A stretch of DNA of 64,000 nt from Eledone cirrhosa (lineage: Eukaryota). The stretch's first letter is position 1; every line of letters begins with the position of its first letter. Positions 43,095 through 58,274 of this stretch are shown here, one piece after another. The position numbers were made by a program, and so were the translations under genes. Below the pieces are notes generated by a model. That model was not told the DNA's origin, ran no database searches, and saw only the letters and a program-made list of their open reading frames with translations. Where the stretch lies: positions 181,970,001 to 182,034,000 of the forward strand of contig OZ024741.1 of the NCBI GenBank assembly GCA_964016885.1. Direction: 5' to 3'.

Positions 43095-43370
43095 TAGATC
43101 GTTCGGTCGAGTTATTAGTAGGTACTCATAGAGCACTTTGTGACAATACAATTTAGAGTAGACACATCAACATCTGTTACTTTCAATACAGCTGTGTCTT
43201 GTACACGAGACATTTTTATATTCCTGTTCTCTTAACACTTTCTTGGTGTAGCAGGTCTAGCGCAATTTGTTATTCGCTTCGACATATTCGTTTAGCCATG
43301 TTGAATCGTTCGACATGGCAATCAGAGAACACTTTATATTGCTTGGTGATTAGCTGCTATGTCACCACTT

Positions 43371-43550
43371 TGGCAGTATCGGTAGAGGGTCTGACGCTAT
43401 GCTTTGCAGCAAAGAGTTACGCCCCTTTATGGTTTGAGTTCAAATCCCGCCGAGGTTAACTTTGCCTTTCATCCTTACGGGGTCGATAAAATAAAGTACC
43501 AGTAATGCACTGGATAATTGCTGGCCTTGTGCCAAAAGTAGAAACAATTA
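43371..43550 (+). mobile_element. SINE family A
   Basis: Full head, core and tail. Confidence 0.85.
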
Positions 43551-43681
43551 TTTGGAATGTAGCTCACCACACACCACCTCCAAGTGTGTGGGTATGAATG
43601 TAAGCATGTATGTAAGCATGTATGTATGTATGTATGTATGTATGTATGTATGTATGTATGTATGTATGTATATATGTTTTC

Positions 43682-45119
43682 TGTATTGCATTCAGGAATT
43701 GCGAGCATGGTGTTTACATCCGATATCGAATCTCAGGCAGCATATTTAACATCAGGCGCTTTGCTGCGAAGACAAAAGTATTTACATCAATCATAAGATA
43801 ACTCTTGTATGGAGATAATTGCGATCTTGTAGCGCACACAGAGAGTGATATGCAGCACATTTTGAATGCATTTTCTGACGCTTGCACTGCCCTAGGTCTG
43901 ACTGTCAGTCTCAAGAAAACCGTCGTCATGTACCAACCTGCTCCTGGTAAGCAGTACACTGAACCAAACATCTATGTGTATGGCAAACGACTTGGAGTGG
44001 TTGATCAGTTTGTCTACCTGGGAAGCACTGTCAATCGATACAGCAACCTTGACAGTGAAATCTCACTTAGGATTAGGAAAGCAAGTGATGCTTTCGGAAA
44101 GCTAGACAGGCGACTCTGGGGTCGGCGAGACATATGCAGGAGGACAAAGGTAAAGGTGTACAGGGCATGTGTGCTCTCTTGTCTTCTTTATGCCTGCGAG
44201 ACCTGGGTCACATATCGACACCACCTTAAGCAATTGGAGCGTTTCCATCAGATGTGTCTCAGACGGATCCATGGCGTTCACTGGAGGGACCACATCAGTG
44301 ATGTCTAGATTTTGGAAAGCTCTATGTGTGACAGTATAGAAGCTCTTGTGCTTAAGCAACGACTCCGTTGGAGTGGTCACCTTGCCAGGATGAAGGATTC
44401 TAGAATACCAAAACAACTCTTTTATGGAGAGTTGGTTAAAGGAAAACGACCGCCACATAAACCAAAAAAGAGGTATAAGGATTCCTTGAAAGCCTCTCTG
44501 AAAGACGGTAACATCTCTGCTGATACATGGGAGAATATTGCTGCTGATCGTAATAAATGGAGAAAGACTGTATATGAGGGAAAAGTTTCTTTTGAGGCAT
44601 CTCGAATCGCATACGAGAAAGTAAAGCCGGATGTGAGGAAGGGCATTGCTGTTGCACTTCCAGACGGCGAGGGTCCTCCTATGGTGCTGACATGCAGCGT
44701 ATGTGCGAGACTCTGCCTAAGCAAAGCTGGACTCGAAAGTCATCTTCGCAGTCATAAAGTAAGACCAGTGGTTGACTACCAGGCTGCTGTTGGAGATGCT
44801 ACTCATCATGCTTGCAAAACATGTGGTAGAGAATGTAAATCAGCAGGAGGGCTCAAGCGACATGCAAAAGTACACGAACTCCTACCACAGCCGACTATTC
44901 CCAGTAAATGTTTTGGATGCCGACTCTGTGCAAGACGTTTTAGATCATTGGCTGGGCTAAAAAGCCACATTCGATCGCAGCGCTGTTAGTTGCTATCGTG
45001 TGGGTGTGTGCGTGTGTGTGTGTGTGTGTGTGTAGATATGCTTATGTGTGTGCGCGTGTGTGTATATATATATATGTATATGTATATTATTATTGTTGTT
45101 GTTGTTGTTGTTATTGTTG

Positions 45120-45150
<31 letters not shown>

Positions 45151-45213
45151 ATGTGTGTGTGTATATGTGTGTGTGAGTATGTGTGTGTGTGTGTGTGTGT
45201 GTGCGTATATATG

Positions 45214-45276
<63 letters not shown>

Positions 45277-45330
45277 TTTTCTTTCTCCTCGTGCAATGGC
45301 CATACTCGATAACGAGGGGGCAGCCATCAT
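43682..45330 (+). mobile_element. 5'-truncated RTE (BovB-like) LINE with three C-terminal C2H2 fingers; in-frame stop at 44306-44308; 3' UTR split by microsatellites
   Basis: LYGDN (decayed YADD), FVYLGS, LLYACETW, RLRWSGH, three CxxC-12-H-3-H/x motifs; terminal ggccatactcg..cgag..gcagccatc at about 45298-45329. Confidence 0.88.
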
Positions 45331-45429
45331 GTATATATGTATGTAGCACTCAGGTCGCTCCTGAGTGCTACTGGTGTATGGGGCCTATGTTCTTAGAGCC
45401 CAGCAATACGGATGCAAAAGGTGGGCCAT

Positions 45430-46240
45430 TTGCACGCATCATAACAAGCAAGTGAAAAGTTTCATCAGTATTGTATCCGACGCAACCTGAAGTTGTTCTC
45501 TTATATACCTGATGATGCTGTATTTGAGAAAGCAGACAGCGCCAGTATTGAGAGGAGGATTTTTATGAAGTAGATGCTATGGGCTGGTCATGTGGTAAGA
45601 CGACTGACTAAACAGCAATTTTATGGGGAGCTGACCAGAGACAAAAGGCCACAGCATAAACCAAAGAAGCGATTTAAGGATGTCATAAAAGACAATCTTA
45701 AATCTCTGAAGATTGATATGGAGAAATGGGAGAAACTGGTTGCTGGCCGTATATCGTGGAGAAAGATAATCAAATATGGATGTGATGTCTTTGAGAGAAA
45801 GCGAGTGGAGCACGCTGTTTTGAAGCGTTCATTTCCTAAACAGGACTCAAGTGCACTGTCTGCAAAAATTCAGCAGAAATTGAGGTGCAATGTATGTGGC
45901 CGGTGTCTTCTAACAAGAGCTTGTTATGTTAACCATCTGAAATCACACGAGCCAGGGAATAATTGAGTCAACCGTGAGATGGTTCTACCGCCACACATTC
46001 CACGGTACATTTGCTGTGAGTGTGGCTTAATTCGCAAGTCAGCGGGTTGACTGACCAGACATGGTAAAATGCATGAAGACACACCCTAGCCAGTTTCACC
46101 AGGGGGCAGACAGTTCAGGTGTCACATCAGTGGACGTTCCTGCAAAGCAAAAGCAGGTCCGAAAAGTCACCTGCGTGCACATGATCGTGCAATGTTCAAT
46201 GAAGAAATGACACTCTTCTGACAAAAAGTAGCAATTAACA
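45430..46240 (+). mobile_element. Older RTE 3' fragment of related type with decayed zinc fingers
   Basis: LWAGHV..KQQFYGEL..RPQHKPKKRFKD..CNVCGR..NHLKSH. Confidence 0.8.
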
Positions 46241-47008
46241 TGTATGTATGTATGTATGTATGTATTGAGTCCGTAATTGGAATATTATCATTTGATTGTA
46301 TGTGTGTAGGCATCCATATGTATGTGTATGTGTGTATATACATGTGTATGTATGTGTGTAGACAGGCATCTATGTCTGTGTGTATGTGTGTGTATGGATA
46401 TATATATGTCTATGTTGGTGCTACTGGTAACATGCATCCCAGTACAACCTGTCCCATGGTCGGGTCGTTGGCGACTAAACTGGCAACCCCACCAAGCTTT
46501 CTTGGTGAGGAGGGTGACTTTGGACATCCTGCAGGACTAAAAACAAAACCTGTCAAAGGGCAAAGGAGCTCTTAAGAGTCAATGGCCATCCAAAATCACC
46601 AGGAGAGATGACCCCTAGCCTTTGTCAAGGCAGAATTCTAGGAGAAGGAAAACTCTGATATAACACCTGCAACCCTGATGGTATCCAATGATGTTGACTT
46701 GTTATTCTTTTTGGTAAATAACATCTTGGTTAAGAGAGTGGGACTGGCTTTGTGCAGTGCCTTTGCTCACTATAAAAGCTTCACGGCACAGGCATTGCTT
46801 TATATCTGGAGATCTCTCTGCACTTGTCCTCACATGGTACCATGGGCCCAGCACTATGTGTCAATAATTGTCACAAGTGTAGTGTTTGTACCAGAGTTTT
46901 CATGTCGCAGGCTGGACTAAATAGTCACACTCGTTCAGCGCATCGGTAGGGGTTCTCCTACATGGATATAAAGTAGTGGCCGTACTCGAAAACGAGTTGG
47001 CAGCCACC

Positions 47009-47200
47009 ATGTATGTATGTATGTATGTATGTATGTATGTATGTATGTATGTATGTATGTATGTATGTATGTATGTATGTATGTATGTATGTATGTATGT
47101 ATGTATGTATGTATGTATGTATGTATGTATGTATGTACGTATGTATGGATGCATGCATGCATGCATGCAGGTATGTATGTATGTATGCATGTATGTATGT
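47009..47200. repeat. (ATGT)n array following an RTE-type 3' terminus
   Basis: ggccgtactcgaaaacgagttggcagccacc immediately precedes the repeat. Confidence 0.85.
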
Positions 47201-47234
47201 ATTATGTATTAATTATATATGTATATACATACAC

Positions 47235-47620
47235 AAACGGCTGAAGAGAAATGAAGCAAGCATGCTCCGTTGGATGTGAAATGTCAATGTGCTTGAACGA
47301 CCAAGCATAGACGAGTTGAGTGAGAAACTGTGTATAAGAAGGATAGGCTGTAGTGTGCGGGAGAGAAGACTGCGTTGGTATGGACATGTGATGCGCATGG
47401 AGGATGACCGCTGGGTAAAGAAGTGCCAAGTAATCCTAGTAGATGGAAGACGCAGAGGAAGACCACAAAATACATGGGCGGAGGTAGTGAGAGCTGACCT
47501 CATATCGCTGAACCTCACGGAGGAGATGACAAAGGAACGTGGCGAATGGAGAAATGCCGTGATTAATAGGACCCGTCCCACCCTTACAAGCAGAGAAAAG
47601 CGGACGTAAAATGATGATGA
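47235..47620 (+). mobile_element. RTE-clade LINE 3' fragment
   Basis: EASMLRWM..RRLRWYGHVMRM..RRRGRPQNTW..EWR; (TGA)n tail. Confidence 0.8.
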
Positions 47621-47779
47621 AACACTGAGTGAGATACTTGTAACATGAACACAGCTTACAGAAATATTAATTGGGAAACTCTTGTATGTTTATTATACAT
47701 ATGCATATCTTATGCGTATGCATATACACTCCTATGATGAACCATGTTAAGTTAGTGCTACTTCTAATTCCAATTTTAT

Positions 47780-47940
47780 ATAATGGTTTCTACTTTTTGG
47801 CACAAGGCCAGCAATTACCCAGTACATTACTGGTACTTTATTTTATCGAGCCCGTAAGGATGAAAGGCAAAGTTAACCTCGGCGGGATTTGAACTCAGAC
47901 CGTAAAGGGACATAACTATGCTGGAAAGCATGGCGTCCGA
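47780..47940 (-). mobile_element. SINE family A
   Basis: Reverse-complement core and head. Confidence 0.85.
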
Positions 47941-48968
47941 TGTTATATAATATTAGTAAATATGGTATATAAATAAAAAAAGAAAAATATTCTAGTCACA
48001 CAAGGTAAACTGAAAATAAGAATTGTTTTACAAATATCGTCTAACTTAATAGTGAAATAACATCTAAACCTGTTCGTTGCTGTTGGTACCTTTTAACATT
48101 TTATGAATGAATAACAAGCAGTGTATAAATTTCATTTAATATACAAGTAAATGATCCGATGTAACTTTATTGACCTCAGGCCCAAATGATAGGCGTAAAG
48201 ATCAGACATACGGCTCATAAATATGAAATGAACCGATACATTTCATAGAAATATTGATTATTCTACATCTATTTAGTCAAGCATCGGAAACGTATATTTG
48301 GGAAGGACATTAGAGAATCTGGATAAACAACATCAATCTAACAGGAAAATAATATTAATATCAAACTGTGTGCGTTTAAGATATATTTGAGATAAATACA
48401 AGAATAACAACGTCGAGAAAACTAGCAGCAGCAGCGACTGCTTGAAGAAACAGTAAATAGATTAGAGAAATGTTATTTGGTACTTGGAAGAATTGAACAA
48501 AATATGGACTGATATATGACTCTCTTTCATAATTGCTATAACGACATTTGACATTCCTGTTCTGGTATGTATCATTTATCTATATATATAAAACTGATGT
48601 TGTTTGTGTATCCTCACTTTTGCAAAGTCTATACATTTTTGCAAAGTCTACTCAGATTGACTTCAAACTTGCATTTATATATTCCTTGCGGTCTAAAGAT
48701 ATTAACTGCAGCTTATTTTTCAATTTTCTGTTGTTAAAGGAGTGCTAGGCGCCGGTTATCCATCTCTGTCGCGCTCTTATAATATCTGTCACTATGCCTG
48801 GCTCTCTGCATTACGACATTCTGACGAACATTGATGACGTATTATGTTCGTTATTTTCCGTTCATTGCCAGGGAACGTCTTCACGAACCAAAGTATCGTC
48901 TTCCTATTTTCCTTCGGTTGCAACGTTTTTCGAAATATTTACTTCTGCGTTCAAAGATTGATGTTTTT

Positions 48969-49019
48969 AGTTTCAGAAGATCCCGTTAAGGGTGAAAGCA
49001 ACGATTCTTTGCTTAAACT
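48969..49019 (+). ncRNA. Type I hammerhead-like motif with CAGAAGA core
   Basis: agttt CAGAAGA tccc-gttaa-gggt GAAA gcaa-cgattct-ttgc TT aaact, within a repeat of about 200 bp (48837-49036) shared with 15605-15803. Confidence 0.5.
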
Positions 49020-49036
49020 TTAATCTGTTATTTAAA

Positions 49037-49065
49037 TCTATATATGTATATATATAAAACTGAGG

Positions 49066-49144
<79 letters not shown>

Positions 49145-49621
49145 CCGAGAAGTACCCAACCGATCTTTTTTCAAACTTTACATGTGTATTATTTATATTT
49201 CAGGGAGTGTTATGGGCCTGCATTAGGTGAAAAACTGTTTTTTCCAATTTTTAAGGGTTTTTTGAGGCGTTACGTCAGACACTTCTTCATACCATGACCA
49301 AAGAAAATCCAATTTTTTATGGCCTACGGCCCGCATTAGGTGAAAAACTTCATTTTTTTTCAGCTTTTAAGGGCCGATTTTCCCGAAATTTCAAGGCATA
49401 TTATGCACATAAAAAAAATTCATTCTCTTGATCCCCATAGGGCCCGCATTAAGTGAAAACGTGCCTTTTTCCTGCTTCACCTAGGAAAATCTTAGATTAT
49501 CCAGCCATCAGAGTATTCGGTTTATTTTCTTTACATATTGTCCAGGTATGCAATTTTTACACGATTAGGTCTGTATGTTCCAAAATACCTTATCCCGTGC
49601 AATGCCGGGTACCACTGCTAG
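49037..49621 (+). mobile_element. Complete non-autonomous Helitron-like element
   Basis: a|TCtatat 5' end; subterminal hairpin cccgtgcaatgccggg; CTAG|t 3' end; three internal ggcc.gcatta.gtgaaaa repeats. Confidence 0.78.
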
Positions 49622-49642
49622 TATACACACACACACACGCAC

Positions 49643-49675
<33 letters not shown>

Positions 49676-49678
49676 TAC

Positions 49679-49739
<61 letters not shown>

Positions 49740-49760
49740 CATATACATACATACATACTC

Positions 49761-49795
<35 letters not shown>

Positions 49796-49803
49796 CATAC
49801 TCG

Positions 49804-49837
<34 letters not shown>

Positions 49838-49843
<6 letters not shown>

Positions 49844-50222
49844 ATTAAATAAATGGAAACTATATTTATAAAACCATATTTATTTCATTATATATATTTC
49901 AGGGATATCATATTAACAATATGCTATGCCTTCCTCAGACAAAATACAATATAAACAGTTTTATAGATAAATAGATTCGACATACCGTAACAACATCGAC
50001 TTGTATTTGAAAAAGTTGAATTGGCAGTTCAACTGCCAATTCAACTTTTTCAAATACAAGTCGATGTTGTTACGGTATGTCGAATCTATTTATCTATAAA
50101 ACTGTTTATATTGTATTTTGTCTGAGGAAGGCATAGCATATTGTTAATATGATATCCCTGAAATATATATAATGAAATAAATATGGTTTTATAAATATAG
50201 TTTCCATTTATTTAATATTGTA
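49838..50222. repeat. Perfect palindrome (192-bp arms, 1-nt loop) with a hammerhead in each arm (49881-49946 minus; 50114-50179 plus)
   Basis: Centre ggcagtt-c-aactgcc at 50030; tattttgt CTGAGGA agg..cct GAAA TATATA TA atgaaata. Confidence 0.85.
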
Positions 50223-50306
50223 AATATACTCCAAATACTTGTCGAGTGCTTTTATATCAGTTATAAATATTTACTGGTTGTAACCCAACAATTTAAATAT
50301 AACTTT

Positions 50307-50353
<47 letters not shown>

Positions 50354-50360
50354 CATACTC

Positions 50361-50405
<45 letters not shown>

Positions 50406-50412
50406 CATACTC

Positions 50413-50457
<45 letters not shown>

Positions 50458-50699
50458 CATACTCGTACATACATATATATATATATATATATACATACAT
50501 ACTCGTATATACATATATATATATATATATACACACACATACATACATACATATATATATATAGTGATGTATCGCACAGATTAATTATAATTGATCGTCG
50601 CCGGAAGTGTCGCGTCAAATGTAAATTAATCCAATTAATGCTATGAACATAACTAGAAATATCATTATATTTTAAATCGCACAAAAACAACAAAGCATT

Positions 50700-51010
50700 T
50701 TATGAAAAAGGATTCACCCAGATGCTGGGAACGGTCTAGAGCATATCCTGGAGAAGACACGTACAAAGGAAATCGCTCTACCTTCGCCTTTCTGGCTTTA
50801 TAAGGCGTAGGTGGTTCGCTTAGCCGGACATGTGAAACGCCACAATGAACCTGCTGGCAAAGTCCTTTTCTGGAAATCGGATGCGTACAGATGAGTTGGG
50901 AGACCATCCACAACGCTGAAAGATGTTCTTGAAGATGGCATCGGGCTGGAGGCAGGGAAATTCAGACGGCAATGCTAGACAGTGTATGCTGAAAGAAGAA
51001 CTTCGTTATT
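50700..51010 (+). mobile_element. Decayed RTE-like 3' remnant
   Basis: SISWRRHV..LAGHVKRHNEPAGKVLFW..GRPSTTLKDVL. Confidence 0.55.
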
Positions 51011-51673
51011 GCACCGGTAACAGATGTATAGAAGAAGTAAATGATAAGCTATTCTGCGCTCTTGGCATTTATTTTTTAAATGCTCATGAGAGCTCATCTT
51101 TACACTGTCGGTGGAAGGAAATGGGATAGACCTCCGTTGGCTTTAATGATGAATGTTTCGGTTGTTCCGTCAAAACAACAGCCTTCACCTGAAATTAACG
51201 TGCAATTCAGTATTCCACAGACACGTACCTTTATAATAATTCTGAGGGAGGTTCAGCGTGACAAGGTGTGTGACAAGACTAGCAATTTGAATTACTAGCA
51301 CAGTCCATTCACGGGCTTCCAAACAGTATCCGCTCACAATGTTTAAGGAGTACGCTTGGTAATAACTAGGAGCCGGGCTTCATCCTACTGGTTGCATACT
51401 GGGTATAGTGTTATTTACTATAGTTTCAAGTTGATCAAGCCCTTGTCAGAGGAACTGAGTAGACGGATACTCTGTTGAAGTCCTTCTCACATCTAATCCA
51501 AAGACCCAGGATTTTTACATACCAGGTCATGCTAATTCGGTTTTTGTGTTTAGTGTTTACGTGTCTAAAGAGCAGTCAACCACTTATACGTTAATTTAAA
51601 AATTCATGAAGAAAAATCTTAATGATCATCGCAGAACAAGTGGGGGATCCTTAGGTTTATTAAGAATTAAGAA

Positions 51674-51751
<78 letters not shown>

Positions 51752-51787
51752 ATATATATATTATGTATATATGTATATATATATATG

Positions 51788-51863
<76 letters not shown>

Positions 51864-52011
51864 ATATATATTATATATATATTATATATATATTATATAT
51901 ATATATATTATATATATATATATATTATATATATATATATATTATATAATATATATATTATATATATATTATATGTATATTTATATTATATATATATATT
52001 ATATATATATT

Positions 52012-52045
<34 letters not shown>

Positions 52046-52050
52046 ATTAT

Positions 52051-52123
<73 letters not shown>

Positions 52124-53095
52124 TATATATATATATATATTATATATATATATTATATATATATTATATATATATATATTATATATATATATTATATATA
52201 TATTATATATATATATATTATATATAATATATATATTATATATATATATATATTATTTATATATATATATATATTATATATATATATTATATATATATTA
52301 TATATATATATTATATATATATTATATATATATATTATATATATATATATTATATATATATTATATATATATATATTATATATATATTATATATATATAT
52401 TATATATATATATTATATATATATTATATATATATATATTATATATATATTATATATATATATATATATTATATATATATATATATATTATATATATATA
52501 AATATATTATATATATATATTATATATATATATATATTATATATATATTATATATATATATATTATATATATATATATATATTATATATATATAAATATA
52601 TTATATATATATATTATATATATATATTATATATATTATATATTATATATATATATTATATATATTATATATATATATAATATATATATATATATATTAT
52701 ATATATATATTATATATATATATTATATATATATATATATTATATATTATATATATATATTATATATATTATATATATATATAATATATATATATATATA
52801 TTATATATAATAATATATATATATATATATATTATATATAATAATATATATATATATATATATTATATATAATAATATATATATATATATTATATATATA
52901 TATATATATAATATATATATATATATTATATATAATTATATATATATATATTATATATATTATATATATATATATATTATATATATTATATATATATATA
53001 TATTATATACATATATATATATATATATTATATATATTATATATATATATATATTATATACATATATATATATATATATTATATATATTATATAT

Positions 53096-53137
<42 letters not shown>

Positions 53138-53400
53138 ATATATTTTATATATATATTATATATATATATATAATATATATATATATTATATATATATATA
53201 TAATATATATATTATATATATATATATTATATATATATATATATTATATATATATATATATAATATATATATATATATATTATATATATATATTATATAT
53301 ATATATATATAATATATATATATATATATTATATATATATATTATATATATATATATATTATATACATATATATATATATATATTATATATATTATATAT

Positions 53401-53442
<42 letters not shown>

Positions 53443-54294
53443 AATATATATATATTATATATATATATATTTTATATATATATTATATATATATATATAA
53501 TATATATATATATTATATATATATATATAATATATATATTATATATATATATATTATATATATATATATATTATATATATATATATAATATATATATATA
53601 TATATAATATATATATTATATATATATATAATATATATATTATATATATATATATAATATATATATTATATATATATATATAATATATATATATATATAA
53701 TATATATATTATATATATATATATATATTATATATATATATATATAATATATATATATATTATATATATATATAATATATATATATATTATATATATATG
53801 TAATATATATATTATATATATATATATATATAATATATATATATATTATATATATATATAATATATATATATATTATATATATATGTAATATATATATTA
53901 TATATATATATATATATAATATATATATATATTATATATATATAATATATATATATATTATATATATATATTATATATATATTATATATATATATTATAT
54001 ATATATATTATATATATATATAATATATATATATTATATATATATATTATATATATATAATATATATATATTATATATATATATTATATATATATTATAT
54101 ATATATATTATATATATATATTATATATATATTATATATATATATAATATATATATATTATATATATATATAATATATATATATTATATATATAATAATA
54201 TATATATATTATATATATATATATTATATATATTATATATATAATATATATATATTATATATATTATATATAATATATATATATATACTATATT

Positions 54295-54326
<32 letters not shown>

Positions 54327-54417
54327 ATATATATATATATATATTATATATATATATATATAATATATATATATTATATATATTATATATAATATATATA
54401 TATACTATATTATATAT

Positions 54418-54449
<32 letters not shown>

Positions 54450-54712
54450 ATATATATATATATATATTATTTATATATATATAATATATATATATATATT
54501 ATATATATATATAATATATATATATATTATATATATATATATAATATATATATATATAATATATATATTATATATATATATATATAATATATATTATATA
54601 TATATATATATATATAATATATATATTATATATATATATATTATATATATATATATTATATATATATATATATATTATATATATATATATATAATATATA
54701 TATATATTATAT

Positions 54713-54760
<48 letters not shown>

Positions 54761-54784
54761 ATATATAATATATATATATATTAT

Positions 54785-54821
<37 letters not shown>

Positions 54822-54943
54822 TTTATATATATATATATAATATATATATATATTATATATATATATATATTATATATATATATATTATATATATATATAT
54901 ATATTATATATATATATATATAATATATATATATATTATATAT

Positions 54944-54991
<48 letters not shown>

Positions 54992-55015
54992 ATATATAAT
55001 ATATATATATATTAT

Positions 55016-55057
<42 letters not shown>

Positions 55058-55168
55058 ATATATATATATATAATATATATATATATTATATATATATATA
55101 TATATTATATACATATATATTATATATATATATATTATATATATATATATAATATATATATATATTAT

Positions 55169-55205
<37 letters not shown>

Positions 55206-55434
55206 TTTATATATATATATATAATATATATATATATTATATATATATATATATATTATATACATATATATTATATATATATATATATTATATATATATA
55301 TATAATATATATATATATTATATATATATATATATTATATATATATATATATATTATATATATATATATTATATATATATATATATTATATATATATATA
55401 TTATATATATATATATAATATATAAATATATATT

Positions 55435-55468
<34 letters not shown>

Positions 55469-55501
55469 ATATAATATATATATATATTTATTTATATATA
55501 T

Positions 55502-55549
<48 letters not shown>

Positions 55550-55606
55550 ATATATATATATATATATTTTATATATATATATATATAATATATAAATATA
55601 ATATAT

Positions 55607-55812
<206 letters not shown>

Positions 55813-55817
55813 TATAT

Positions 55818-55849
<32 letters not shown>

Positions 55850-55852
55850 ATA

Positions 55853-56052
55853 NNNNNNNNNNNNNNNNNNNNNNNNNNNNNNNNNNNNNNNNNNNNNNNN
55901 NNNNNNNNNNNNNNNNNNNNNNNNNNNNNNNNNNNNNNNNNNNNNNNNNNNNNNNNNNNNNNNNNNNNNNNNNNNNNNNNNNNNNNNNNNNNNNNNNNNN
56001 NNNNNNNNNNNNNNNNNNNNNNNNNNNNNNNNNNNNNNNNNNNNNNNNNNNN
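55853..56052. other. Assembly gap (200 N)
   Basis: Run of n. Confidence 1.
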
Positions 56053-56059
56053 ATATATA

Positions 56060-56141
<82 letters not shown>

Positions 56142-56394
56142 ATATATATTATATAATATATTTAAAAACACACAGATACATGCGGACACACACATATATA
56201 CATGAATGCATCCGCACCCAACTGTGAGTTAAGGGTGCCAACTTCACTGATGTTGCTCAATGAATGACTGGACAGACCAATTCAGTTTGAACCAGACTGA
56301 ACCAGTATCAGAGTTAAAAATACATTATGAAGAGAGAAGAAACATTTAGATATAATTAGTAATAAAATGTATCATACCTAAACTGTTCCTAAAT

Positions 56395-56482
56395 TCCTCG
56401 ACTACGTAGTTTCGTGGCATAAACAAAAACAATATATCAAAGATATAGAGTCCTTGCGAGGTCTGCCAACTTATCAAGAGGA
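56395..56482 (-). ncRNA. Type I hammerhead, U3-A8 variant (inverted copy)
   Basis: Reverse complement of 57164-57251. Confidence 0.8.
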
Positions 56483-57163
56483 TACCTCATTTTACTAGTC
56501 TCAAGAACGCGTCTACACGACGTGAGAAAGAATCCCAAAAGGCGGAGGGGGAGATAGTCACGCGATATAACGGTCGAGAAACAGAGCTAAGCCTCTTATA
56601 ACCACGAAGAAAATACCACGGAGGCGGAGGGGGTATTCATATCGAGGCCGTAGTCGAGGAATTTAGGAACAGTTTAGGTATGATACATTTTATTACTAAT
56701 TATATCTAAATGTTTCTTCTCTCTTCATAATGTATTTTTAACTCTGATACTGGTTCAGTCTGGTTCAAACTGAATTGGTCTGTCCAGTCATTCATTGAGC
56801 AACATCAGTGAAGTTGGCACCCTTAACTCACAGTTGGGTGCGGATGCATTCATGTATATATGTGTGTGTCCGCATGTATCTGTGTGTTTTTAAATATATT
56901 AATAGCTCCCTCTGGTCGAGCAATCTTTGAAGTGTGGGGACAGCTGGAAGGCTTCCATTACTCATACTTCTCGCCTTCTTCACTACCTCTTCTACGGCCT
57001 CGATATGAATACCCCCCTCCGCCTCCGTGGTATTTTCTTCGTGGTTATAAGAGGCTTAGCTCTGTTTCTCGACCGTTATATCGCGTGACTATCTCCCCCT
57101 CCGCCTTTTGGGATTCTTTCTCACGTCGTGTAGACGCGTTCTTGAGACTAGTAAAATGAGGTA

Positions 57164-57251
57164 TCCTCTTGATAAGTTGGCAGACCTCGCAAGGACTCTA
57201 TATCTTTGATATATTGTTTTTGTTTATGCCACGAAACTACGTAGTCGAGGA
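57164..57251 (+). ncRNA. Type I hammerhead, U3-A8 variant
   Basis: tcctc TTGATAA g-t-tggca..tgcca-c GAAA CTACGTAG TC gagga; predicted cleavage after 57246. Confidence 0.8.
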
Positions 57252-57341
57252 ATTTAGGAACAGTTTAGGTATGATACATTTTATTACTAATTATATCTAA
57301 ATGTTTCTTCTCTCTTCATAATGTATATATTATATATATAT

Positions 57342-57403
<62 letters not shown>

Positions 57404-57405
57404 AT

Positions 57406-57436
<31 letters not shown>

Positions 57437-57463
57437 ATATATATATATATATTATATATATAT

Positions 57464-57495
<32 letters not shown>

Positions 57496-57600
57496 ATTAT
57501 ATATATATATATTATATATATATATATTTATTATATATATATATATTATATATATATATATATATTATATATTATATATATATTATATATATAAATATAT

Positions 57601-57632
<32 letters not shown>

Positions 57633-57711
57633 ATTATATATTATATATATATTATATATATTATATATATATATATTATATATTATATATATATTATATA
57701 TATATATATAT

Positions 57712-57830
<119 letters not shown>

Positions 57831-58044
57831 ATTATATTTATATATATTATATATATATATATTATATATATATATTATATTTATATATATTATATATATA
57901 TATATTTATTATATATATATATATTATATATATATTATATATATATATATTTATTATATATATATATATTATATATATATATATATATTATATATTATAT
58001 ATATATTATATATATATATATATTATATATATATATATATATAT

Positions 58045-58130
<86 letters not shown>

Positions 58131-58169
58131 ATATACTTATATATATATTATATATATATATATATTATA

Positions 58170-58274
<105 letters not shown>

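Larger units (their letters stand above)
56155..57325 (+). mobile_element. Young non-coding retrozyme/Penelope-like element: inverted partial copy plus 591-bp monomer plus partial tandem extension
   Basis: cgtagtcgaggaatttagg occurs at 56649 and 57240; 56155-56653 is the reverse complement of unit sequence; copies appear identical. Confidence 0.75.

Noticed and set aside
44312-44989. Host C2H2 zinc-finger gene
   Set aside because: In frame with the RTE RT C-terminus, so it is part of the LINE
46420-46680. RTE-like 5' UTR with a possible HDV-like or twister ribozyme
   Set aside because: No consistent nested pseudoknot could be drawn
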